DNA of 63,996 nt, counting the filler, from Barthelona sp. PAP020 (taxonomy: Eukaryota), in the NCBI GenBank assembly GCA_040182905.1. It is 3 parts of 3 records of this genome, joined end to end, with 100 filler letters (N's around TTAATTAATTAA, not from the genome) between each part and the next. Parts side by side here need not be neighbours in the genome. Positions count along the whole stretch, not along the records: positions 24,454 to 48,648 come from JARQWU010000158.1; positions 48,749 to 63,996 come from JARQWU010000285.1; 1 more part is not named here. The stretch is one strand, 5' to 3'. The notes under the pieces were generated by a model, which was given only the letters and a program-made list of their open reading frames with translations, was not told the origin of the DNA and searched no databases. Each line of letters opens with the position of its first letter. Within the stretch, counting starts at the first letter, position 1. Position numbers and translations under genes: made by a program. Shown piece by piece: positions 41,625 to 51,722 of the stretch.

Positions 41625-42836
41625 TCAATCATCAACTTCATCACTTTCATGATCACTTTGTTCATTGAAAAATGAGTGCATATTTCCACCCTTCATTTCA
41701 TTGGTGTCAATCAAGTCCCAACATATGTCAACAATCATGTTATACTCATCTTCATTCATGTACATCCCTGCAGCTACCAATTGTCTTATGACTTGAGTAT
41801 CAATATTCAAAGCCATAAGATTCGACAATACATAGCCACCATCCCTTGACAATCGAATGAGTTCCGCCTCATGTGAGGGGTCATAGTCAACGATAATTGG
41901 ATAGATTTTGATGACATTCCCTGCACAATTTCCACATGCCAACTGTTTCTTATTAGGTGATATAGCAAAGGAAAAATCGGAAGAGTCACAACCACAATGC
42001 ACCTTTTGAATTTGCTGATAAGTTTCAACATTAAATGAGGTAATATATCCATCACCAGACATAATAAGCAGGATATAGGGTGATAAGAAATGAAGACAGT
42101 ATACTAGACCACCCATATCAAATGTATGAATAAGTGATCCGTCGTCCATGTCCCAGAGTTTGACTTTGTTTGAATGATCACCAACAGCAATCATTCTTTC
42201 AGTTGGGTGGAAATCAATAGCTCTAATTCCCCTACCTTGATCGAATGTACGAACAACAGACAAATCATCTGGGTTAACCAACTTGGCAATACCATCATCA
42301 CATCCAGTCAAAAGATGTTTACCATCCGTTGAAAGTTTCACTTTCCAAATAAATCTATTCGAAATTCTCTTTTCCAAGACAATTCTCCCATTATTTGTGT
42401 CACTTTTCATAAGAGTTCCATAGCAATTACAATAATATACATAATTTGAACAAGAAGAAAAACAAATTCCACGAATAAAAGTTTCACCATTCAATCTACA
42501 CAAGATGGAGAAATCTGGAAGGCTGTATACAATGATAGACTTATCATGGGAACATGTTGCCAACTTTTGCCCATTTGGTGAAATGGCAAATTCTTCAACA
42601 AAGTCTGTATGCTCTTTCAATGTATGATTCAACATTTTAGTTGCTACATCAATAACATGAACATCTTCATGATCACAAACAACCAATTGTTTACCATTTG
42701 GCAAGTATTTACTGTCAGACACATAAGCAGAATCAGAAATCACATTTGCAATTTCAACTTCACTATTTTCATCAATATTTAGAGGAAATAAACCACATAT
42801 AAATTTTCCTATTTCACCACTTAATTCAACAGACAT
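41625..42836 (-). CDS. WD40 protein with shared C-terminal domain (paralogue B)
   Basis: HTDFVEEFAISPNGQKLATCSHD; IDFHPTERMIAVGD; VIRQLVAAGMYMN...CWDLIDTNEMKGGNM; ends DEVDD*. Confidence 0.85.
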   Translation of the reverse strand: MSVELSGEIGKFICGLFPLNIDENSEVEIANVISDSAYVSDSKYLPNGKQLVVCDHEDVHVIDVATKMLNHTLKEHTDFVEEFAISPNGQKLATCSHDKSIIVYSLPDFSILCRLNGETFIRGICFSSCSNYVYYCNCYGTLMKSDTNNGRIVLEKRISNRFIWKVKLSTDGKHLLTGCDDGIAKLVNPDDLSVVRTFDQGRGIRAIDFHPTERMIAVGDHSNKVKLWDMDDGSLIHTFDMGGLVYCLHFLSPYILLIMSGDGYITSFNVETYQQIQKVHCGCDSSDFSFAISPNKKQLACGNCAGNVIKIYPIIVDYDPSHEAELIRLSRDGGYVLSNLMALNIDTQVIRQLVAAGMYMNEDEYNMIVDICWDLIDTNEMKGGNMHSFFNEQSDHESDEVDD

Positions 42837-43169
42837 AATAAACTAAAAAGAAATAAATGGAAAATGGAAATTAGCGATTAACTAAAAATCATCAAAATTT
42901 CCTCAAAATTCAAAATGCAAATACTCATCTTATGTCAATGAACGATGTTGACAAATATTCATTAGGTGCAGATGTTTTGTTTTTAGATACAATTGAACTG
43001 GTCTTTCTTTAATATTTACTTAACTATGAGCTATACAACCTATTCGGGTGATTAAGGGGTTATGATATTAAATTTTGGCTATTTTCTGTGTTTATTGTGT
43101 GGAATTGGTGTTTGTAACAATAAGCATTCAATGGACTTCAATAATTTCTTTTTATTTTTTTGCTTGTGC

Positions 43170-43258
43170 GAACCGTTTCTCGAACTTATCCAAATCAGAG
43201 ACTGCGAAACTCAATTGATTTATAAATAATAAACCTTGATCTTTATTCTTTTCGGGGG
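43170..43258 (+). repeat. Dispersed ~90-bp repeat, copy 2
   Basis: Direct repeat of 38870-38958, exactly 4300 bp downstream. Confidence 0.85.
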
Positions 43259-43746
43259 TTCAGCGTTCCTAAAAGGAACCTCTCTGATTTGAGACCTACT
43301 CTTTCATAGGCTGTCATAGGAGAGCTATGCTCTATGTGGGGTGTGAAATATTGCATTACAAATTGCTCAAAAGAGCTTAACGCTCCGATATTTTTAAAAT
43401 TTATCCTAATTAAGGAAGTTTTCATGCATTCACCGTGACAGGTCAAAAATTTGGGGGTAGGTTAAGGAAAAGTTCCGTACCTTGAGGGAAAAAGGAAGAA
43501 GCGAAAAATTTCGATACGCCAAAAATAAGAGGCTTGTGAACAACCCTCATTTTATTTTTTTTCTGTTGATATTGCATGCAAGCTTGAAATTATGTTCTTC
43601 AAAGAATAATTTCAATTTCAAACAGTTTCCTTCAATTAACAAAAATCTAATATTCTTGATTCACTTCAATTATTTACTTTATCAAGGCACAATAAAAATA
43701 AAGACAGTTTGGAATTATTCCACATTTATTAAAGTGCACAAGTGTT

Positions 43747-44955
43747 TCAAATATCGTTATCGGAAGAACTATAATATTCTTTGATTTTTTCATTCTGTTT
43801 GATAAAATCATGCATGTTGCCACCATTTACCTCATTGAAATCAATCAAATCCCAACATGTATCATAAACAGCTTCAAAGTCTTCAAGGTTCATATTTATA
43901 CCAGCCGTTACCAATTGTCTAACAATCTGAATGTCATAATTCATAGAAATCATAGTTTTTAAGATGTTTCCCTCTGATTTCGCCAAATCCAAAAGCTTGC
44001 CTTCAAAAGAAGAATCAAAAGACTGATCAATTTGATACACCTTTATTTTCTCTTCTTTCCATGGACCACATAACAATTGTGCTTTGTCAGATGACATGGC
44101 AAATGCTGAATATTCATTGCAACCAGAATGAACAGTTTGAATTTGCTCACATGTATCTATATCGAAAGAAACTATGCTTCCATCAACAAGTAAATACAAT
44201 AATACTCGTTCTGAAAAGAAAAGGAGATCAAGCACACTGCAGTTCACATCAAATGTATGAATAAGTAAGCCACTATCCATGTTCCAGAGCTTAACTTTGT
44301 TTGACGTGTCACCAACTGCAATAATTCTCTTTGTTGGATGGAAATCAAGAGCTCTTGTTTTACCATCATGACTAAAGGTACGAACAACAGAAAAAGAGTC
44401 AGTGGTAATTAATTTGGCAAGATTATTCCCCCCACCAAGCAAAATATAGCGTCCGTCTGAAGATTGTTTAAACTGAGTAAAAGGAGTAGAAAAAAGTTCA
44501 TTCACCACACAATAGGTCTGCAAATCCCATTTTTTCAACGAATCCAAACAATCTCCAGTGAATAAAAATTTTGAACATGGGGAAAACCCAACAAAATGCA
44601 CGTCAGAATTAGTTTCCAGTTTCTTCAACACACAAAAATCTTGTTGAACATCATAAATAATTACTGTCTGGTCATATGAACAAGTTGCTAACATTTTTCC
44701 ATCGGGGGAAAACGCAACCCACATAGTGTCTTCAAGATGATCACACAAGATATGACGCAGAACTCCGATTTTCATATCATAAATATAAACTTCGCCCATA
44801 CCAGTGGTAATGGCTAAATACTCACCATTGGGAGAATAGCAACATTTAAACATATAACCAAATAAAACATCATCAAATAACATAGAATTCGCTTCAATAA
44901 TTCTATATGGCAGAAATTTCATTAATAAATCTCGGGAAGATTCGAGCAATGTCAT
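43747..44955 (-). CDS. WD40 protein with shared C-terminal domain (paralogue C)
   Basis: HLEDTMWVAFSPDGKMLATCSYD; LDFHPTKRIIAVGD; IVRQLVTAGINMN...CWDLIDFNEVNGGNM. Confidence 0.85.
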   Translation of the reverse strand: MTLLESSRDLLMKFLPYRIIEANSMLFDDVLFGYMFKCCYSPNGEYLAITTGMGEVYIYDMKIGVLRHILCDHLEDTMWVAFSPDGKMLATCSYDQTVIIYDVQQDFCVLKKLETNSDVHFVGFSPCSKFLFTGDCLDSLKKWDLQTYCVVNELFSTPFTQFKQSSDGRYILLGGGNNLAKLITTDSFSVVRTFSHDGKTRALDFHPTKRIIAVGDTSNKVKLWNMDSGLLIHTFDVNCSVLDLLFFSERVLLYLLVDGSIVSFDIDTCEQIQTVHSGCNEYSAFAMSSDKAQLLCGPWKEEKIKVYQIDQSFDSSFEGKLLDLAKSEGNILKTMISMNYDIQIVRQLVTAGINMNLEDFEAVYDTCWDLIDFNEVNGGNMHDFIKQNEKIKEYYSSSDNDI

Positions 44956-45680
44956 CTGAAAGATAAAAAAAAAATTATTTCATGTATCTTATTTTTTTCA
45001 ATTAAATAGAGGCAAAAAAAAAAAAAAAGGTTGTTCTTTTCAGCAAATAAAGCAACAGTTGTTTGTGGAGGTATTGATTTAAATGCAAGTTTCTTTTGGT
45101 TGAATAGCAAAATTTTCCCCAAAGAAGACTTTTGACTCAATGAGTTTTCTTTTGCAAAAACATTGCACTTTTAGTGATTTTAGATTATTTATTCGCAATT
45201 TTGAAAGTCAAGTTCAACTGAAAGATTCCATTTTATTATTGAATCAATGCAAAAAAACCTACTGTAGGACTAGTTATTTTTATCTCACATTGAATCATAT
45301 GAAAAAATCATCTAAATTGTTGTTTTGACAATATTTAAATAAAGAAATAAAAACCAATATTATTGTTCTCTTTGATGTTACAAAAAGACAGATTATTTTT
45401 TGCAAATTGTATTTTTGCTTGATTTGCTCAATAAAACAATTTTTTGTAGTACTAATTCTGCAACTAACCATTATTGAATAAACAAAGCGATTCTTTCTTT
45501 TTCTTTCCTAAAAAGTATGTGATAGCATACAAACAAAATATCCTTATGTTAAAAAGAAACAAAAAATAGAAATAAATGGTGAATGAAAAAATTCGTTTTA
45601 AATTTACACGGAAGTTGGAAAACTTAAAAATTGAGGTGAATTATTGAACACAAAGAAAAAAGAGATGTTGAGTTTCACAA

Positions 45681-48110
45681 TTATGAAGCAAAAAATTCTT
45701 GAACCGAAGTATCATCCCCAAATTTGTGACCACTATACAACAAACGAGTTCCATTTTGATTGAGGGCATAACCAAAACTGACAAAAGGAACACGCATTTT
45801 CTGCAGCACTTGACCAGTTGCTGTTTGAATCACAAATGAATAACCAGAAGAACCAAAATAGATCAATGAACCATCTTGGGAGAAGATGATATGATGTATC
45901 CAACCATTGTGAAATCTATACTTTCTCACCAACTCTCTTGATTCAACATCAAATATCCTGACTATACCATCTTCATCACCCGTTGCCCATAAAGAACCAT
46001 TGGGTGAGAAGCTACCTGATGGAATCGCCTTTCCATCATGATTCCATGTGTGAAGCTCTTCATATGTCTCCAATAAAAACAACTTTGAACATCCATCATC
46101 ACTAACAGAAGCGAAGTACTTCATATCGGGGCTAATACGTACAGATCGAACATGATCTTCATGTGCTCGAGATTCACACAACTTCTGACCTTCGATTGTA
46201 TATATTGCAATGTAACCATAATCCATTCCAAAAGAAAGAAGTTTGCCATTTGCTGAGAACCACACTTGGAATATATGCCTTGCCATTTCACCAACAATAT
46301 CACCAATCACTCTAACTGTTCTCCAAGTATCAACTTCAATGATATGAATGGCTGGACCAACACCACCAACAGCCAACAGTTTGGAGTCTGGACTAAAATT
46401 GAGACCTTCTGCATTTATATACTCTCCTTCATGCACAATTTCATGTGTTTCAGCGTCATATACTCTGAGTAATTTATTCCAATATCCTGCAACCGCAAAA
46501 AATCGTCCATTAGAACTGTAACCAAGGCTCTTAACAAGTGCATCAGGAAAATCTTCATTGAACACAGGCTTTTCTTCAAACCATTTGAGAACATGAACAA
46601 CTTGCTCTCTGCTATCAATAGATGATTTGTCATCATTACTGTTCATAAGGTCATTTAATTGGTTTGTCAAAAGATCGATTTGATTGATTAATTCTTTTTT
46701 TTCATTCATCCATTGTTGTTCGCTAATTGTTACTCCATTCATTTGTTGAATAAAATTTTGATTCTCTTCAGTCAATCTAGTCGCTATTCCTGTAACTGCT
46801 TCATCTGCTCCACTGAAAGATCTTCCAATTAATATCAAACAGAAGGTAAATAGAGAAATACCCACAAATAAAGTGATGGTTTTAAATAAACTGAATGCAT
46901 GAACTTCTTTTATTGTTGTTGAACCACTCAGACGTTTTTCTTCCTTTTTTACACCATCAACTTGAAGAAAATGTTGATCCTTTTGTTTCATCAAGTTCTC
47001 TTTTTCTTTTTTCAATTCATCCACCTGATTGGTTAATTCTTGCTTTTCATTCATCCATTCATCTTTGACATTTTTCATCTGCACTTCAAGACTACGAAAT
47101 CTTTCCTCATGTCCCTTTTTTTCCAAAAGCCAACTGTTCTTTTCCTCCTTCAACAAAGCAACTTCCTTCACCAATGTCTTTTCGTTAAATCCCAACCCCT
47201 CGAAACGCACAATCAGCATTTGCAAATACTCTGTAATCTCACTAAAAATAGGCCTTTCAGTTGGTTCAACACTCAAACATTTCTTGATAATTCCAAATCC
47301 TGGTATTGCATCCAGCAATTCCTTGTTATACGGAAGTTTTTGGTCTCTCAAATTGACTACAACTTGAAACTCAGTTAATCCAACAAAAGGGACAAAACCA
47401 GAAATGACTTGAGCCAACATGACACCAAAAGACCAGACGTCTGCAGGCATCGGGTTAATGAAATCACCCTCACTGGCCAATTCAGGAGCCACGTATCTAA
47501 TTGCGCCCATCATCGAATTAGCCGAACTCCTGTTAACATCACGAACAAGCCCAAAATCAGCGATTGCAGGAGTGTACTCTCCATTAGCATCACGTCTCAG
47601 CAACACGTTATTTGGCTTCAAATCCCTATGCATAACACCTTTGCTATGACAAAACTCAAGTGCGGACGAAACTTGCATCATGATAACCAACTTCTCCTTC
47701 AATGACAACTCTGGTATAATATCTTCAAGAACAGCATCACAAAATTCCATTACAATACCTTTCTTCCCATCAATCTCAGTAACACCAAAGACTTGTCGAA
47801 TGAATTGATGATTTAAGACCATGGGAAAACATTCTTTTGTTAGTTCATCATCAGTAATTTTTTCAAGGAAAACTTTAATAACTACCATCTTTCCATGTCT
47901 TTTGGCAAGGTGTAATAGCCCAAATCCACCTATTTTGAAGTCTCTTTCAATTATTTCAAACTCACTTCCAGGTATATTTACATCGTTAGATTTCACAAAA
48001 TTATCCAATTTTTCAAAAGCATCTTCGTCTGGTTCTTTAACAATTTTTTTGCGTTTCTTTGCTCGTTGTTCTAGTTCGTATAACCCTTGATTTTCTTCAA
48101 AAGTGAACAT
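45681..48110 (-). CDS. Protein kinase (TKL-like) - coiled coil - TM - coiled coil - WD40 fusion
   Basis: IGGFG, VVIK, HRDLKPNN, DFG, YVAPE, DVWSFG; hydrophobic TITLFVGISLFTFCLILIG; C-terminal WD repeats (HEDHVRSVRISPD, FSPNGSLWATGDEDG). Confidence 0.85.
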   Translation of the reverse strand: MFTFEENQGLYELEQRAKKRKKIVKEPDEDAFEKLDNFVKSNDVNIPGSEFEIIERDFKIGGFGLLHLAKRHGKMVVIKVFLEKITDDELTKECFPMVLNHQFIRQVFGVTEIDGKKGIVMEFCDAVLEDIIPELSLKEKLVIMMQVSSALEFCHSKGVMHRDLKPNNVLLRRDANGEYTPAIADFGLVRDVNRSSANSMMGAIRYVAPELASEGDFINPMPADVWSFGVMLAQVISGFVPFVGLTEFQVVVNLRDQKLPYNKELLDAIPGFGIIKKCLSVEPTERPIFSEITEYLQMLIVRFEGLGFNEKTLVKEVALLKEEKNSWLLEKKGHEERFRSLEVQMKNVKDEWMNEKQELTNQVDELKKEKENLMKQKDQHFLQVDGVKKEEKRLSGSTTIKEVHAFSLFKTITLFVGISLFTFCLILIGRSFSGADEAVTGIATRLTEENQNFIQQMNGVTISEQQWMNEKKELINQIDLLTNQLNDLMNSNDDKSSIDSREQVVHVLKWFEEKPVFNEDFPDALVKSLGYSSNGRFFAVAGYWNKLLRVYDAETHEIVHEGEYINAEGLNFSPDSKLLAVGGVGPAIHIIEVDTWRTVRVIGDIVGEMARHIFQVWFSANGKLLSFGMDYGYIAIYTIEGQKLCESRAHEDHVRSVRISPDMKYFASVSDDGCSKLFLLETYEELHTWNHDGKAIPSGSFSPNGSLWATGDEDGIVRIFDVESRELVRKYRFHNGWIHHIIFSQDGSLIYFGSSGYSFVIQTATGQVLQKMRVPFVSFGYALNQNGTRLLYSGHKFGDDTSVQEFFAS

Positions 48111-48648
48111 TGATAAAAAAAAAGACGAAGTGTTGCAAAATATTTTTGAACTTCTTTTTTAGCTTTCTATAAAATTTCAATTTATTGTATTATTCAAAAA
48201 TTGGTTCAATATTTTGTTATATATCTGTTATTTATCTTGAAAGAACTTTTTGAAAAGAAATTTGGTTTTTTGATTTCCAAAAAGTGTGACTTCAAAAACA
48301 ATGGATTTAAAAATATTGAATTACTGAAGATATGCTGAATATTTTTCCTTTTAAAAATGTCTTTTCAATGAGAAGTGACTTCAAACATTTGACTTTATTT
48401 GAGTGTCATATCAAAAAATTTTTTGTTATTTTTAATAAAATGTATTCAAAGACAAAAGTGATAAACATTTTTTTAAATAAGTATAATTATTTCACAATTA
48501 AAATTAATAGCATTAAAAATGTGGAAGTTCATGCTCAATGAACAAAATTTATTGGAGATATAAAGAGGTCATCAAATATCACTTCCTTTATTTGTTGTTT
48601 CTTGACCACCTTTAGGTCCAATTTTTTAAGTTACTTGGGCATCTGAAT

Positions 48649-48748
48649 NNNNNNNNNNNNNNNNNNNNNNNNNNNNNNNNNNNNNNNNNNNNTTAATTAA
48701 TTAANNNNNNNNNNNNNNNNNNNNNNNNNNNNNNNNNNNNNNNNNNNN
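48649..48748. other. Artificial contig-joining spacer (N44-TTAATTAATTAA-N44)
   Basis: Same structure as 24354-24453. Confidence 0.97.
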
Positions 48749-48847
48749 CATTTTCAACAATCAACCACGCGTTCAAATAAAAAATGTTTTTCACCCGCTT
48801 CTTCTCAATCAACATCCCACATTGTTTCGCAAAGGGTAGGTTGTAAT
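48749..48847 (-). repeat. 99-bp exact inverted copy of 56108-56206
   Basis: Reverse complement is identical to 56108-56206; both ORF translations contain YNLPFAKQCGMLIEKKRVKNIFYLNAWLIVEN. Confidence 0.95.
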
Positions 48848-48918
48848 AAATATGTTTAAAAATGCTGTGCAACAAATATACATTTTTACAGTCAAAAAAA
48901 AAACATTGCTTGTATTTA

Positions 48919-49767
48919 TCATCTTTGAATCCAAAGTGATTGGGTCATTTGCTTTAATAAATCCTCGGAAGTCAATAAAATTTTTCTAAATTCTTCTATT
49001 GGCTCAATATAATCCAATAAATGTGGAGGAATTTCCGTTTCAGCAGATTTGTTGATTAGATTACCTAAAAATTTTTCAATGACTACATCATTTGGCAATT
49101 TGGATTTTAAAACAGAAATACCCTCTTTTAAAGCCGCATCTATTTCCATAGAATTTGTCTTTTCTAACAAAAAAAGCATATTTTCATACGCTTTGTAATC
49201 TACTTCCCAAAAAAAATCTAATAATTTGATAATTTCTTCAGGATCTGGTTCATCTTTTGTTATTTCATTGTGAAAAATTGTTGCGTATCTTGGAACTGTA
49301 TTTTTTGCGAAATTTTTAATTTCTTCCAAAAATTTCTCTTGTAAAGATTGATTTGAATTAACATTGCAAAAAAATTTGATGATATAAACGCATATTAGTG
49401 AATGAACACAATGAACTAAAAATTTTGAATGAATCGATTCATTTTTTGATAAAAATTTAATTAGAGGTTGAGGTGGGAAAGTTAATTTAATAGCTACCTC
49501 TAATTTTAATGAGTCATTTAATTCATCTTTGGAAATTCCTTTAAAAAAAGCCAATTCGTTAAGATTTTGAATAAAATCTTTTAAAAGAATATTATCACTG
49601 ATAATTTGATTATAATTATCAGTTAAACTATCTAATACTGCAACAGAATTAATCAAAGTCTGCAATGCGACATTCTTTGCAACTAGATCAAATTGAGAAT
49701 TTAAAATTGAAATAATTTGTGATTCTATTCGTTCAATAATTGGTTCAAACAACGAAGATTTGGACAT
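48919..49767 (-). CDS. Hypothetical helical protein
   Basis: 282-aa ORF; no recognisable domain. Confidence 0.6.
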   Translation of the reverse strand: MSKSSLFEPIIERIESQIISILNSQFDLVAKNVALQTLINSVAVLDSLTDNYNQIISDNILLKDFIQNLNELAFFKGISKDELNDSLKLEVAIKLTFPPQPLIKFLSKNESIHSKFLVHCVHSLICVYIIKFFCNVNSNQSLQEKFLEEIKNFAKNTVPRYATIFHNEITKDEPDPEEIIKLLDFFWEVDYKAYENMLFLLEKTNSMEIDAALKEGISVLKSKLPNDVVIEKFLGNLINKSAETEIPPHLLDYIEPIEEFRKILLTSEDLLKQMTQSLWIQR

Positions 49768-49921
49768 AAAAAAATGATGATGGTTTGAAAAAAAAAGAAT
49801 GCTTTACCTTCAACCAAGTGAAGAGGTCCTTCAATTATTTTACTTAAACAAAAACAAATTAACAATAAAAATTTACATTTACAAATTTTATACGAAAAAA
49901 AATTGGAAAAGTGAAACAAAT

Positions 49922-51493
49922 TCACTCATTCCTGACTATAATCATTTCCCCAAGATTAACATTACACTTGTTTCCAATTAAATAAAGAAATTTATGTGTT
50001 TCAATACAAAGATCTTCAAAATCATAAATTTCCTTGATGCTCACCATCAAATCATTGAAAAACTCTTCATCAATTGAATATTTAAGATAGAGCATTTCTC
50101 GAACAAGTTCAGCAACAAATAATTCATCTTCAGAGACATCTGACTTTCTTTTCCCTCTAAAATGCCGCAGAATATAATTCCAAAAAAGACTACGCTCAGA
50201 AACTGAATGATCATCACCACACCATTCTCTCGCTCTTTTCCAAAAAGAACGATCTGTTTTAATGTGCAAATGAAGATCATCTTTATCTTTGATAAAGATG
50301 GAAGGAGAAGACGAACGGATGAATTCTTGTTCATTTTTTAAAATTCGAGCAGACAAAATTGGTCGATCTTTTTTATTTTGATGATCTGGCTCTAATGAAT
50401 GCAAAGGGTCTTCATACACTTCAAGAATTTCATCTAAATAATTGTTGGTTCTATGAAAAGCGTGACATCTGATAACTTGAGGGTTTGTTAAGAAATCTTC
50501 CAAACCATCATAAACGTGAGAAAAATTACCCATTTCTTTCAGCGCTTCGACTTTGTCAATATTTCTTTTCACCTTTTGAATATCCAAATATTTGACTTTC
50601 TTATCAGCCATTTCAGCAAGGGAATTTTGAGTTCTTTCCAATTTTTCAAGCTTTTTAACCATACTATCAACACTTTCATTTGTTTTCTTTTCCAATTTAT
50701 CAAGGTTATAAGAAATCTTTCCAGATAACGTCCGTTTCTTTACAATGTTATATTTCTTTGATAATTTATCCATCCGTGAAAAAGGCTCATCAACATCAGT
50801 CAGATCAAAGGAACTAGTCAAGAGAATTGAATCTAAAGTGTTGTTAAAATCTTCAAGCGTATTGGTTTCGTTTTGCTTCTCATTTGACAAATTTTCTGTG
50901 TCAACTAAAGGTCTGGAATGCAAAAGATCTTCCTGAAGCATTTTAAAAGTGTTCTTTGTATCTTCATTCATATCTGCCAATAAAATAGTCTCAACTGGAG
51001 GATATAGTAAATCTTTTTGAGCTTTTTTTTCCTTCAAAGCTTCAACTTTGAGGTCACAATGTAAAGAATGACGATTTGAACCATTTTTAAATTTTTTACG
51101 GTTCATATCAGCTTGTTTAAGGTCATTGAAACAAAAACGTTGGTTTCTCTTTGTTTTTACAAATCGACTCAAATCCTTCTTGGTCCTAAAATTACGATCA
51201 AAGACGACTTTATCCAAATCTACAGTCTTCCAAGTCTGCTTTGTTTCAACATTATGAAATGTATTGTTTAACTTTAATGGAGGTAGTTTAACATTTGAAA
51301 TTTTCGTATCAATTTTGCTATGTATTTTTGGCCAATGTGGTGTAGGATTCAATTCTTTTAAAGATTTAATTGGATCATAAACTCGTCGACTCTTCGTTAA
51401 TTTATTTGAATAGATACTGTATTTTTTTTTAAACTTTGAAGGTAAATTTTTTAAAACACTATCTTTAATCACTATATGTTGTTCACTGAGCAT
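49922..51493 (-). CDS. Hypothetical basic/coiled-coil protein
   Basis: 523-aa ORF; no recognisable domain. Confidence 0.6.
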   Translation of the reverse strand: MLSEQHIVIKDSVLKNLPSKFKKKYSIYSNKLTKSRRVYDPIKSLKELNPTPHWPKIHSKIDTKISNVKLPPLKLNNTFHNVETKQTWKTVDLDKVVFDRNFRTKKDLSRFVKTKRNQRFCFNDLKQADMNRKKFKNGSNRHSLHCDLKVEALKEKKAQKDLLYPPVETILLADMNEDTKNTFKMLQEDLLHSRPLVDTENLSNEKQNETNTLEDFNNTLDSILLTSSFDLTDVDEPFSRMDKLSKKYNIVKKRTLSGKISYNLDKLEKKTNESVDSMVKKLEKLERTQNSLAEMADKKVKYLDIQKVKRNIDKVEALKEMGNFSHVYDGLEDFLTNPQVIRCHAFHRTNNYLDEILEVYEDPLHSLEPDHQNKKDRPILSARILKNEQEFIRSSSPSIFIKDKDDLHLHIKTDRSFWKRAREWCGDDHSVSERSLFWNYILRHFRGKRKSDVSEDELFVAELVREMLYLKYSIDEEFFNDLMVSIKEIYDFEDLCIETHKFLYLIGNKCNVNLGEMIIVRNE

Positions 51494-51722
51494 TATAAAA
51501 TGGTATTATATCATATTTCAAAAAAAAAAAAAGAGAAGATTGATATGATGAATGGTTGAATCCAATTGAGATGCAACATTTGGGCTTTGATCTTTTCGAA
51601 ATGTGTCATTAAAATTGACCAATTGATTGTAAGCGTTTCAAATAACAATCATATTTAAAATGAAGGGACCAAAAAAATAAAATCGAAAAAATGTGTTTAT
51701 CAAAATCCAACAAATATCAATA

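Noticed and set aside
48693..48875. 60-aa ORF sharing 32 aa with the N-terminus of ORF 56011-58524
   Set aside because: It ends in the linker stop, and the shared peptide is a translation of duplicated sequence that is probably 5' non-coding; the TPR gene more likely starts at 56212.
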